From NCBI GenBank assembly GCA_951406725.2, contig OX597814.1, positions 166,098,001 to 166,162,000 on the forward strand: a stretch of 64,000 bases of DNA, read 5' to 3'. This document shows positions 24,895 through 37,331 of the stretch, one piece after another. The stretch's first letter is position 1, and each line of letters starts with the position of its first letter. The notes under the pieces are model-generated. The model had not been told where the DNA came from. It saw only the letters and a program-made list of their open reading frames with translations, and ran no database searches. Source of the stretch: Octopus vulgaris (taxonomy: Eukaryota). The position numbers and the translations under genes were made by a program.

Positions 24895-24895
<1 letters not shown>
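24710..24895. mobile_element. Second copy of the (TA)n-flanked foldback family, centre missing
   Basis: Same arms and tail as 20210-20460 but lacks the CTGAAGA core and stem II. (TA)n on both sides. Confidence 0.8.
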
Positions 24896-24938
<43 letters not shown>

Positions 24939-25720
24939 TGTGCTGGTGGCATGTAAAAAGCACCGTCCGAATGTGTCCAATGCCAGCACCGCCTTGACTG
25001 GCTTCCATGCTGGTGGCACATAAAAAGCACCAACTGATCATGGCTGTTGCCAGCCTCCCCTGGCACCTGTTCCAGTGGCACGTAAAAAGCACCCACTACA
25101 CTCACGGAGTGGTTGGTGTTAGGAAGGGCATCCAGCTGTAGAAACACTGCCAGATCAGACTGGAGCCTGGTGCAGCCTCCTGGCTTCCCAGACCCTGGTT
25201 GAACTGTCCAACCCATGCTAGCATGGAAAACGGACGTTATAAGGTGATGATGATGGTGATGATATATATATATATAAAAAGACATGCTTAGATATGTATG
25301 AATACACACATATATTCATATGCTTTTATATCACTTATGCTCACACAAACCAACAATTATGCCAGAATATATGATGTACACAAGCATACTCACATAAACA
25401 TCTGCATACAGAGAAGTATATGCAAAGGTACATCATCATCATCATCATCATCATCGTTTAACGTCCGTTCTCCATGCTAGCATGGGTTGGACGGTTCGAC
25501 CGGGGTTCTGGGAAGCCAGAAGGCTGCACCAGGCTCCAGTCTAATCTGGCAATGTTTCTACAGCTGGATGCCCTTCCTAACGCCAACCACTCCGTGAGTG
25601 TAGTGGGTGCTTTTTACGTGCCACCTGCACAGGTGCCAGGCGAGGCTGGCAACGGCCACGGTCAGATTGGTGTATTTTATGTGCCACCGGCACGGAAGCC
25701 AGTCGAGGCGGTGCTGGCAT

Positions 25721-26160
25721 CGGCCACGAGTCGGATAGTGCTTTTTACGTACCACCAGACCAGGGATCCTGGCTGGTTCAATTCGATTTCGATTGCTTGC
25801 CCCAACATGTCTTCCAAGCAAGGGGGTTGGCATGGGTGCCTGTCACGGTCGCATTGGAGTATTTTACGTGCCACGGCCACGAGTCGGATAGTGCTTTTTA
25901 CGTACCACCAGACCAGGGATCCTGGCTGGTTCAATTCGATTTCAATTTCGATTTCGCTTGCCCCAACATGTCTTCACAAGCAAAGGGGGTTGGCATGGGT
26001 GCCTGTCGTACGGTCGCATTGGAGTATTTTACGTGCCACGGCCACGAGTCGGATAGTGCTTTTTACGTACCACCAGGCCAGGGATCCTGGCTGGTTCAAT
26101 TCGGTTTCGATTTCGATTTCGCTTGCCCCAACATGTCTTCGCAAGCATGGGGGGTTGGCA
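25721..26160. repeat. Tandem triplication inside an RTE-tail repeat
   Basis: Unit cggccacgagtcggatagtg.. starts at 25721, 25874 and 26039 (periods 153 and 165). Confidence 0.9.
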
Positions 26161-26778
26161 TACATATATTAATACATTAAGAATGAAAAACGTAAGATAC
26201 TAGTTGCAAAAGTTCCAGATGTAATGCAAAACACAAAAAATAGAGCATAACAAATAATAATCTGCACACATGCATTTACAGCATCCCAACATACGTGCAT
26301 ATCAATGCAAAGACATACTGGATATTTGCATGTAATAGAGGCCTATGATAATGATCTTGTAGTTTTAAGCTGACTCTTTGCTACCCATCTGCATATCAGC
26401 AGAAATATGGTTGTTTTTCTTATCCATTCACCTCATTGAAGGAAAGCAGAGATCTTTTTGTATGCATTATGTTATAGATTTTCAAGTTGGTGATTCTAAT
26501 GTAGTTCCTTGTAAAGATACATACTTTTGGGGGAAATTTGTATGAGTGATTTTTTTTTTATGCTTGCGATGAAATCTGTTAGTTAACAGACTTCAATCTT
26601 AGTGGAATTTAATAGCCTACAGATTGGCTATTAAAGTTGTGCCTATGATCTTTAGATGTTACATGAGGTCTGTGAAGTGTCAGGCATTCAATCATGTCTT
26701 TTATATTTAAATCTGTTGCTGAAGTTTGGTTTCTACAGTTATTGAGTTGAAAGTGTTGCAGTTTATTTTCTTGTATCT

Positions 26779-27167
26779 CTTTTACTCTTTTACTTGCTTC
26801 AGTCATTTGACTTTGGCCATGCTGGAGCACCGCCTTTAGTCGAGCAAATCGACCTCAAGACTTATTCTTTGTAAGCCTAGTACTTATTCTATCGGTCTCT
26901 TTTGCTGAACCACTAAGTTGCAGGGACGTAAACACATCAGCATCGGTTGTCAAGCGATGTTGTGGGGACAAACACAGACACACAAACACACACACACACA
27001 TACATATGTATATGCGACGGGCTTCTTTCAGTTTCCGTCTACCAAATCCACTCACAAGGCTTTGTTCGACCTGAGGCTATAGTAGGAGACACTTGCCCAA
27101 GGTGTCACGCAGTGGGACTGAACCCGGAACCATGTGGTTAGTAAGCAAGCTACTTACCACACAGCCT
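26779..27167 (-). mobile_element. SINE family B
   Basis: Colinear with 40758-41166. Confidence 0.88.
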
Positions 27168-28178
27168 ATCTGTTTATTATACTGTTGTACAGGAGTCTTT
27201 TATATGTGTGTGATTGTCTGTACTAGGTTGCTTCAATTCATATACTCCTTGTCTTCATATTTGTGACAATGTGAGAAATTTTCCTTATCATCACATCAAC
27301 AGAATCATTAGAGTCATACAAAATGCCTCACGATATTTCTTCCAGCCCTCTGTATTCTGGGTTCAAATCTTGCCAAGGTCAATTTCTTTGCTTTTCATCC
27401 TGCTAGGTTTGATAAAATAAAGTACCAGTCATGTATTGGGACTGATATAATTGACTCTTCCTCTTGCACTAATTCTAGGCCTTGTGCCCATGTTAGAAAT
27501 AAGTAAATGTTTGTGGCTGAGATTTTTAGTTGTAGTTATTTCAATTAGCTTAATGACGAAAAGAAAGGCATCAATATTACAAGTCATTATCTCCCTATTA
27601 GTGTTTGCTGTCATGACTATGAGGGTTAAAGTGAGTTGTATAATGTCATATAAGATCTAGGTTCCATAAGATAAGTATCAGTAAAATGCTGGAGTACATT
27701 TTATTCTTTTTTTTTTTTTTTGGTGCCATGTCTAGAAAGTAGGACATAGGCGTTAATGTCCTGTCACAATTCTCTGTTTGCTGTAATAGTTCCACTTCCT
27801 GATGTATAATGCTGTAATAGTTCCACTTCCTGATGTATAATGCCACTTTTTTTCAAACAAGTTTGTCAAGCTTAATATCTATATCATCCTTCTCCTTCCT
27901 CTGCTTCTTTTCCTGTCAATCTTTCCGGTCATCACTAAATTCTCCAGGCCCTCTTTCCTCATCACATGACCAAGAAATCTCAGTTGTTTGACCCTTATCT
28001 CATGAAGCAGTTTCCTATTTGCTGCAGCCCAAGTCATCACTTCTTCATAAGACACTTTGCCTGTCCATGCTGTCCCCCAATATTCTCCTTAAGAACTACA
28101 TTTCATGGTTCTTAAAGTACTTACTCATATCTGTACCAAAAGAAGTTCTCATATTTACATTATTTGCTTTGTTTTCAG

Positions 28179-28235
28179 AATGTACTTTCATTATACTGGA
28201 TCATGAGATGTACAAGAATAGTGGTGATGAAATAG
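28179..28235 (+). CDS. NAT9: NAT9-like coding exon 3
   Basis: Acceptor gttttcag. Reads (K)CTFIILDHEMYKNSGDEI. Donor GTAAGC, phase 1-1. Confidence 0.93.
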   Translation, partial: NVLSLYWIMRCTRIVVMK

Positions 28236-28829
28236 GTAAGCCTGGTATAAAATTGTTAGTGAATCCTATCAAACCAATGAGTCATAATGCTACCACTGAA
28301 GACCTTGTCTTCATGAAGTGTAATTAACCCTTTCATTACCAACCCGGCTCTGGCTCTGTAGTACAAATGTCTTGTTTTCAAAAGTTCTGAATTAAAATCT
28401 TTCACCAAACCTTAGTCACAATTTATGTTCCTGACACAAGCTGAATGATAACTAAGTTATTTTACTAAATTCTTTGTTATATTTAAAGTAATTGAAAGAA
28501 ACACAAAGCGTCTCAAAATAAATACAGTAACAAAAGGGTTAAAGTAAGATAGCTTATTCTTCTGTGAACAACACCTAAACAAATTAGTTGGTAGAGATCA
28601 GCTAGTGTCTTTACAAAGCTCAGGTGGGACTCATTTTGGAATACTTCTCCCATATTTGGGATGGAGCTATTACTATACACAGAAATATTTTTGACGGCAT
28701 CTAAATGAAAACTGACCGACTGCTTAGGAGAAGATTACAAACTCTGACAGGTTTGTATTCTTCTCCCACTGCTTATTCTGTTACTTCTATAATGGCCTCT
28801 GAGGACACATGGCCTAGTAGTTAGGGTGT

Positions 28830-29095
28830 TGTGGTGTATGCAGAAGATTTGAAATAAGGATACCTACCTTCTCTTCATCGACACAGACCTCTCCAGTGGT
28901 AATGCACCCTTCCACGTGGCCCAACCTGAACGCTAGAAATAGCAGCTGCTTTTCCCCTACCTTGACAAAGCGCTCACATGTCCAACTCTGTCGGCTACCT
29001 CGATCAAAAAGTCCCAATGCTCCCCTGCCTGCGTGTGCGTTACTCCTGCCCCTTCCTCTTCCGGTCAGCTCCCCAGCTGCTGACGTCATCCCACA
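28830..29095. mobile_element. Solo LTR (266 bp) inserted into a SINE-like head
   Basis: TGTGG..CCACA termini with 5 bp TSD ggtgt at 28825-28829 / 29096-29100. GC-rich interior. Confidence 0.8.
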
Positions 29096-30071
29096 GGTGT
29101 TGCAATTATGATCTTGAGATCATGATTTTCATTCCTGGACTAGGTGGTGCATTGTGTTTTTGAGCAAAATACTTCATTCCATGTTGCTTTGCAATCACTT
29201 CAATTCATTTTGATACCTGGTGTGAACCATCATGGTACAGGTAACTCTTTTCCAATATTCAGATAACTTCCAATCCTCCATGTCAGCTAACTTTTTCTCA
29301 ACTACAACTTTAATCTTTATGCTCTTTAATGCCACAGACTGTTCACTAATACACCATGCTGTTCCAGAAAAAAAGGAGACATAAAAAATATAAAATTTTG
29401 CCCGAACACCATGTATGTGTATACATGTATATATATAAACTGTAATGAGTACCATGGAACAGATGAATAGCTTGTAGTCACCTTCATCTGCCATCAGTCA
29501 ATTTTTAACTAGTCATTTCATTCACCTTCCCTTATAAACTAATGTTTTTCTGGTCTCATTTATTGTTTACAGTAAAAGCTGTCTTACCTTAATTACACTT
29601 GCAATGGTTAAGATGTAATATGTAGGGCTCACCAAACGAAACAATATAATTGTTACTGGTAGGTTGTGGCAGGTTGAGATGTGACATATGGAGATGTTGC
29701 AAGTTAGACAAGTGGCAGTGTGTTGCATAATTAAAGAAGCGACAAGTTGAAAAGTCCGACACATTGCAGACTTTACTGAACTGTTATTAAGTTTCATAAA
29801 ACCATCTGAATGATGGCAAAGTTTCATTCATTAACACACTACAACTTTTATCCGACGGACTTGCTGTCTTCTCTTACTGCCTATTCTGGACAAGGAAATG
29901 ATATACATCACTTCAATCTTATCTTTCCCCCTGACAGAATTATGCCATCTCTATCTGGAATTATAAGTTTTAAAAACAAATTAATATCTAATTCTGAATC
30001 CATTCTAAAAGTTATTCTGCCACTGATATATATTTTTCTGTCATATTTTCTTCCTTTCTTTGATTTCATAG

Positions 30072-30152
30072 AATCAATGATTGGAGATGTAAATTTGTTT
30101 TTTAATGATCCTTTTTTGGAAGATACTGCTGAAATTGAAGTTATGATAGCAG
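30072..30152 (+). CDS. NAT9: NAT9-like coding exon 4
   Basis: Acceptor ttcatag. Reads (E)SMIGDVNLFFNDPFLEDTAEIEVMIA with the GDVNLF and EIEVMIA motifs. Donor GTTAGT, phase 1-1. Confidence 0.95.
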
Positions 30153-30592
30153 GTTAGTAATATTGTAATATTTGTTTTACTTATTTTTATTATCTTTTGC
30201 TTTTATCTGACACTTCTTTTTTATTACTGCTACTTATCCTTGTAATATTTTTGTTCATAAAGTTGGCACAAGCAGTAAATATACTGATAATTCCATATCT
30301 TATCTATTTAGGTATTTCATTGCTTTTTTTAATGGCATTTTGGGCAGGAGTGGAGCAGATGTATACTGGGAATTCTTTTTAGTTTCTGTTTCTTTTTCCA
30401 AATAATCCTCCATTTTGCCATACGTTGTCTAGCTCACAACTCATGATTATTCTTCCTAAATGCCCCTCATCTAGATCTATCATAAAATGAAAAATTCTCA
30501 AGATTTTTTCTCTGACTGAATCTATAACCACGATCCATCAAAGTGCAATGGTTAACATACTTTAGTTCACACTTACTTCACCTTGCATATCT

Positions 30593-30824
30593 ATTTCTTT
30601 ACTACCCACAAGGGGCTAAACACAGGGAGGACAAACAAGGACAGACAGACGGATTAAGTCGATTACATTAACCCCAGTGCATAACTGGTACTTATTTAAT
30701 TGACCCCGAAAGGATGAAAGGCAAAGTCGACCTCAGCGGAATTTGAACTCAGAACATAATGGCAGACGAAATAGCTCTAAGCATTTCGCCTGGCATGCTA
30801 ACGATTTTGCCAGCTCGCCACCTT
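30593..30824 (-). mobile_element. SINE family A with 16 bp TSD
   Basis: ttcaccttg(c/t)atatct at 30577-30592 and 30824-30839. Confidence 0.9.
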
Positions 30825-31278
30825 TCACCTTGTATATCTTCAGTCACAGAATATTCAATCAGAAAGTTGGATAAGTATAATGATATTGATATTATATACC
30901 CTAACTACCACTCTAAACTTCACACAACCATACACTACTAGGTAGCAAGTGCAGCATAGTCCCAGTACTGACAACATACAGAAGATCAACAAACCTAGAG
31001 TAAAAGTCCAATGGGTTGTCACTAAATACTTGATAGACCTGTTTAAGTTGAGCTGAATCTATCTAACCGTAGCAACAAAATTCAGTGAATACAGCATAAG
31101 GTTTATACCCTTATCTCTTTGTCTGTCTGGTATTTATTTAATCTATCTCAGAAAGACGAAAGACTAACCTAAGAAAAAATGGAACTGTAGAATGTTAAGC
31201 TATAGGCATTTTTCTGACAAGAATCAGTTCTGGTCTGCTGCTCTAACATTATGCTGTTTTATTTTGGATGTTGATGTA

Positions 31279-31309
<31 letters not shown>

Positions 31310-31313
31310 GCAG

Positions 31314-31373
31314 AAATTTCTTCTAGAAGAAAGGGATTTGGAAAACAAGCCGTAATCTTGATGATGGTATACG
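31314..31373 (+). CDS. NAT9: NAT9-like coding exon 5 (acetyl-CoA-binding motif A)
   Basis: Poly-T tract plus gcag acceptor. Reads (E)ISSRRKGFGKQAVILMMVY with the GNAT RxxGxG motif. Donor GTAATA, phase 1-1. Confidence 0.93.
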
Positions 31374-31450
31374 GTAATAATGTTTGTTTAAAACAGTTTA
31401 ATTAATGATATTTATTTATGATGAATATAAGTGTTTGTGTGTGTATGTAC

Positions 31451-31484
<34 letters not shown>

Positions 31485-31942
31485 ATGTGTGTGAGTTTGT
31501 CTTATATATGTCTATGTATATCTGTGCGTGTGTGACTTTTATTGTTTAATGTCTATTTTTTCCATTCTTGTATAAGCTTGTTGGGCCTGCAGTACTCTAT
31601 CATTTCATGCATTTTGATAGTGTGTGACTCTGTCTGAAAAGTTCAACGTCCTAATTATTTCTTTGTAATGCTTATTTGATTAACAAAGTATTCTTTCTCT
31701 GTCTGTCTGTCCATCCGTTTGTCTGTCTGTCTCTCTCCTCCTCCTACCCCCACCATTTATAAATAAACATTTTATTTTACTGCAATGCTCCAAATTTTCC
31801 ATATATCATTTCATCTAGCTCTATGTACCAGATTATTCAAGGAATGTTACCTTTCATAGGTTGGTGTTCACAAGAAGAGATTTATTTTTCCCACCATTGA
31901 AACATTTTCTCACATTTAGTTTGTAAAAGTGTTCTTGAATGT

Positions 31943-31992
<50 letters not shown>

Positions 31993-32067
31993 ATATTTTT
32001 AAAGAAAATGTAGATTGACTTTTCCCCCACTTCTCTACTAAGTAGATTTAAAAACTATCTTTACAAC

Positions 32068-32490
32068 AGGTGTGGCTGTGTAGTTGAGAAGTTTGCATCC
32101 CAACATGGTTCCATGTTCAATCCCACTGCATGGCACTTTGAGCAAGTGTCTCCCCTAACATAACTCCAGGCCGAATAAAGTCTTGTGAATGGATTTGGTA
32201 GACAGAAACTGAAAGAAGTCTGTCATATATATCTGTGTGTATGTGTGTGTGTGTGTGTGTGTGTATCTCCTTGCCTTGACAATGTACGAGTGTTGTAAAT
32301 GAGTGTCATTGTTATACAAGCTGTGTCCTTTGTTTCTAATCTTCTGTGAAAACATGTCTAGCCATGGGGAACAATTACCTTGCTTGAAAACAGGTGTGGG
32401 TTGGCAACTAGAAGAGCATCCAGTTGTAGAAAGATTGCCTCAAACAAGTTCCATCCAACAACCCATGCAAACATGGAAAATGTTGATAAT
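32068..32490 (+). mobile_element. SINE family B head with RTE-type tail
   Basis: Family B tRNA/CORE-like head followed by ..agagcatccagttgtag..acccatgcaaacatggaaaatg. Confidence 0.7.
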
Positions 32491-32984
32491 GTAATAACAC
32501 TTCATGGTGCTCACAGGTGGGTTACTTTACAGGTGATGTCCAAAAGAATGAATCTAGCATTAGACATTCCAAAAAATAATACCTGGGGTTTTTTTTGGGG
32601 TTTTTTTCATCATAAAGGGTATGCATGTGACTGGATAATATTTCTGAAAATAGAGACACAATATCTGTTAAAAAGAAAGTCAATTAATGCTCTTTGATTA
32701 GCACAAATGGTGATGAAGTTTGTATTTATAATGGGCTCATAATGTCAGCTTCTGTATAAAGTACAGAATGCAACATGCAAGTAATTTACTATACTGTCAT
32801 ATGATTCTGTAAAGCTAGACAGTAAAGATGTAAGAAAAAGTCAATTTACATTTTCTTTAAGAATATCATAACTAACATATAAACAGATTAGTGTAACCCT
32901 TTAGCATTCAGAATATTCTGTTAAATGTAATGCTTATTTATTGGCATTGTTTTGAATTAGTCCTGAATTATCTTGTAGCTTCAA

Positions 32985-33218
32985 AAAGGCAGCGAGCTGG
33001 CAGAAACGTTAGCTCACCGAGCGAAATGCATAGCTGTATTTTGTCTGCCGTTACGTTCTGGGTTCAAATTCCGCCAAGGTCGACTTTACCTTTCATCCTT
33101 TTGGGGTTGATAAATTAAGTACCAGTTACGGACTGGGGTCGATGTAATCAACTTAATCTGTTTGTCTGTCCTTGTTTGTCCCCTCTGTGTTTAGCCCCTT
33201 GTGGGTAGTAAAGAAATA
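32985..33218 (+). mobile_element. SINE family A with 16 bp TSD, nested in a TTAA MITE
   Basis: tatcttgtagcttcaa at 32969-32984 and 33219-33234. Host MITE spans ~32895-33378. Confidence 0.9.
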
Positions 33219-33605
33219 TATCTTGTAGCTTCAAGAGTTCGATGATGGGGTAGTTTACTTTTAGAATGACATAGTAGTGTTGGTGTGTGTGTGTGTGGTG
33301 CATATTTGGCCAATTTGAACACAAAGCTGGATAGAATATTTTGGCCAGATATGGTCGGTTTAAATGCTAAATGTCTAAGGAAGGATTCATTTGTAAATCA
33401 ACCCTCTGCTGGTGAATAGTTATGAGCTTCAAATAAGAAATAAATCGTTTCTAATTAGATGTGGACCATAATATTAGTGACAGACAATAATAAAGGAATG
33501 TGCTGTATGAATGTTACTATATGTTTATAAACATTGAGGTTTGTCTTTACAATGGGTGAAATGAAGTTCAAAGATGAAAAGTTTATTGTCTTTACATCAT
33601 TGCAG

Positions 33606-33700
33606 GAGTTGAAATTCTGAAAATAACTAAGTTCACAGCTAAAATCGGAATGAGCAATTCTATAAGCCTGGGTTTATTCCTCAATATGGGCTTTATTGAG
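33606..33700 (+). CDS. NAT9: NAT9-like coding exon 6
   Basis: Acceptor ttgcag. Reads (G)VEILKITKFTAKIGMSNSISLGLFLNMGFIE. Donor GTAAGT, phase 0. Confidence 0.93.
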
Positions 33701-36652
33701 GTAAGTTACATATAAATTTTTTTCTTGACTTGCAGCATATTCTTCATTGCTTTCACGTTACTGATTAGCTAGAGTTTAGTTGTTTAATTGAACATTACTG
33801 AGCTTATTTGTTTCAAATTTATGCACAAGGCCAGCAGTTTTGGGGGAGGGGCCAAGTTGATTACACCAACCCCAGTTCTCAACTGATACTTATTTTATTG
33901 ACCTCAAAAGGATGAAAAGTATAGTCAACCTCAGTGAAATTCAATTAATTTTGTTTCATTGGTTATTAGTTCTTCTTCATAGTCTCTTGTTTTTTTGTAA
34001 TTTAATATCCATAGCTTTTTGTTTTTTATGACTTACTTTCACAAGTATGTTAATTCTGGTCTCAGCACATTAGTATTTTATCTCTGTAGGTGCAGAAATG
34101 ACTGTGTGGTTACAAAGTACACTTTGCAACATGGTTTCAGATTCAGTCCCACTGTGCAATCACCTTGGCCAATTGTCTTCTGTAGCTCCTGGCAAACCAA
34201 CACTTTGTGACTGAATTTGGTAGATGCAAACTGTAAGAAGCTAGTAACACTCACATGGATGGATGGATGGAAGGACGGACGAACGGACGGACGGACGGAT
34301 GGATTTATTTATCTATTTATTTATTTGTGTGTGTGTAAGTTGTCTAATGCCATAAGTCAGGAAAAAAATATATATGTGCGTAGAAACAGAGGGGTATACA
34401 GAAGTCATGACCTGGATGTGGCTGGGCCCCCTTACAATGTAAGAGATTAAGGGGCAAAACATTTGCATGGGGTCTCTGAAGACCTTCTGCTGTTTAGCTT
34501 GCCCTAGAGTTTCTTACTACTTTACCACCAAGAATGTAGTTAGGGCACATTATATATATATATGTATGTATATATGTGCACACACACACACACACATAAA
34601 ACACGACAGATTGTTTATAAAATATTTAGATATACCACCTAATTACAGCCTTAATATGTGTGTGTACTTGTGAAGGCAGCAAGCTGGCAAGATTGTTAGC
34701 AGGCCAGGCAAAATGCTTAGCAGTATTCCATCCATCTTTGTGTTCAGAGTTCAAATTCTACCAAGGTTGACTTTACCTTTCATCCTCTTGGGGTTGATAA
34801 AATAAATACCAGTTGAGTACTGGGGTTGATGTAAATGACTTATCCCCTCACCTGTAATCGCTGGCCTTGTGCCAAAATTTTAAACAATATGTGTGTGTGT
34901 TTATGTTTGTGTGTGTGTGTTCGTGTATGTGTGTGTGTGTGTGTGTTCGTGTTTGTGTTTGTGTGTGTGTGTATGTGTTTTCCCTAATTTGACATTTGTG
35001 TGTTGATTGTAAGCGAAATCATTGTTCATAAAAGTGGTACCATACATTTGCAAACTTCTATGGAAACTAATTGGCTATTGAGTTGTTCATTGTACAAAGA
35101 ACTAGGGTAAGTGTTACCTTGCTTAGAAACAGGTGTGGGAAGGTGACAGGAAGAGCTTCTCAACCATGGAAAAATTGTTTCAGTGTGTTTCATCTGAGTC
35201 ATGCAAGCATGAAAGTGTGGCCATTAAAATGATAATGATGATTACAAACACTAAATGTGTATGTACATATGAGTATATGTATATTATTTTCCACTTTACA
35301 TTGCATAAGTCTGTCACTGTCACTTCAGATTTCTAAACAATAACTGGTTATTTATAAATTCAATACAATATGATATGGTGGTAGAATTTTGAAGCATAAC
35401 AGTGATACACTCTGAGTCCTCTGCTTGAATGACTTAAAATAAACACTGCTATCAAAAGATTACTCCTGCTCTCAACATAGTAATCACTTTTTATTTCATA
35501 TATTAATATATAATATATAACTTAATTAGGTGCAGGTATGGCTGTGTGGTTAAAAAATCTTGCTTCCCGACCATGTGGTTTTGGATTCAGTTCTACTGTA
35601 CAGCACCTGTGTTTTCTATTATAGAAGTTGGGTTGACCTAAACCTTGTCAGTGGATTTGATAGATGGAAAATGAAAGATACACTCTTGGAGTGGTTGGCA
35701 TTAGGAAGGGCATCCAGCTGTAGAAACCATGCCAAATTAGACTGGAGCCTGGTACAGCTCTCTGGCTTACTAGTTTCAGTCAAATCATCTAACCCATGCC
35801 AGCTTGGAAAGCAGGTGCTGAATGAAGATGATGATGATGACAACGACAATGATGATATATATATATCATCATCATCATCATCGTTTAACGTCCATTTTCC
35901 ATGCTGGCATGGGTTGGACAGTTTGACTGAGGTCTGGAGAGCACCAGGCTCTAATCTAATCTGGCAATGTTTCTACAGCTGGATTCCCTTCCTAACGCCA
36001 ACCACTCTGAGAGTATAGTGGGTGCTTTTCACATGCCTCCGGCACAAGAGCCAGTCAGGTGGGCCTGGCATTGATCATGTTCAGATAGTGCTTTTTATGT
36101 ACCACCAGCATAGGGGCCAGTCAGAGGGTACTAGCATCAGCCATGTTTGGATGGTGCTTTTTACATGCCACCAGCACCATTGGAGCCAGTCAGTGAGTAC
36201 TGGCATTGGCCACATTCAGGCCTTTTTAGTTTGTGTAACAACTAACTAGGATAGAAACCCAACCAATATATATGTTTTTAGGCTCTTTTAGTCTAGGAAA
36301 TTAGGTTAACTAGATGTCTTGGCTAATTTTCAGTTTGAGGTTTTTAAAATTTGTATTTTATTTGGAATGAGGATAGATTTCCAAAGTTGTACAGCACTAG
36401 GCCAATAGAATTGGTATAGTGTTTTAAATAAGTTTAAATGAGTTGTTATATTGTTGGCACATTTGTTAAGCCAGTAGTAATGGTAAAAGAGAGGAATTTA
36501 AAGTTTGACTGTAGGACAGTAGAAGGAGAATTTTAATGAGTGTAAGTTGTTTTTAAGTTAAAACAACAAAATGATAAAAATATTATAATGTGAATCAAAA
36601 GTGCAATGTTTTTTCTCTGTCTCACAATTTTTTTTATTATTTTACTTTCCAG

Positions 36653-36772
36653 GAATCTCGCAGCAGTGTGTTTCAAGAAATAACTCTCGCTTTACCTGTA
36701 ACAGATGATGTCCTTCAGTATTTGAGGCAAGAATCCCAATCATTTGGAATGAGAATTAATCTCTCATCATAA
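36653..36772 (+). CDS. NAT9: NAT9-like terminal coding exon 7
   Basis: Acceptor tttccag. Reads ESRSSVFQEITLALPVTDDVLQYLRQESQSFGMRINLSS* with the S.VFQE.TL motif. The seven exons sum to 600 nt. Confidence 0.92.
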   Translation, partial: ESRSSVFQEITLALPVTDDVLQYLRQESQSFGMRINLSS

Positions 36773-37090
36773 ATATTGTGACTGTCAGAGAGAAAACTTT
36801 CCTGACAAAAAAAAACTTCAGATGCTAGTTGAAGCCATTTCACTTCATTTATATCAAAAATGCTTTTGAGAAAGGCATAAACATCACATATTCTTGTTTC
36901 TCTATCTTTATATGTCTGAGGCCTTGTACCTATGTAAAAAATCAATTTATCTATAATTGTTACTATTGTGTGTGAGTTGAGTCTCACAATATCTCCAATG
37001 ACTTTTATATGAAGATAAAGTTTTGCTAATGAAATTTCTGGTATATTTTCCATTCCACTCATAACATTTTACTATTACTTTTCGAAAGAA

Positions 37091-37108
37091 AATAAATACA
37101 GAAATAAA
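37091..37108 (+). terminator. Candidate NAT9 polyadenylation signals
   Basis: AATAAA at 37091 and 37103, about 320 nt after the stop, with a GT/T-rich tract near 37151-37170. Confidence 0.55.
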
Positions 37109-37331
37109 TAAAACATAAAAAGAGAAAATGTAATATTGCATTGAACTGTTGCAGTGTAGTTATTTCTTTTCATTTATCATCTGTTGATGCAGCATATATT
37201 TTCCCACAGCACTGTTCTCTGGAAATAAAGACATCTTTGGAGAAAAGTGTGTACAAAACAATAGTATCACACTTACTTTCATGGGCACCAAGAAGGAAAA
37301 GGAATGGATGGCATTGCTGAACGAGGAGAAT

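Noticed and set aside
25721-26160. CRISPR-like spaced repeats
   Set aside because: The spacers are not unique, the context is eukaryotic and there are no cas genes.
25474-26172. 232 aa ORF, the longest in the track
   Set aside because: It lies wholly within the RTE-tail repeat and its tandem triplication and has no protein-like features.
27779-27843. Perfect 31 bp tandem duplication
   Set aside because: Real but an ordinary slippage event with no further structure.
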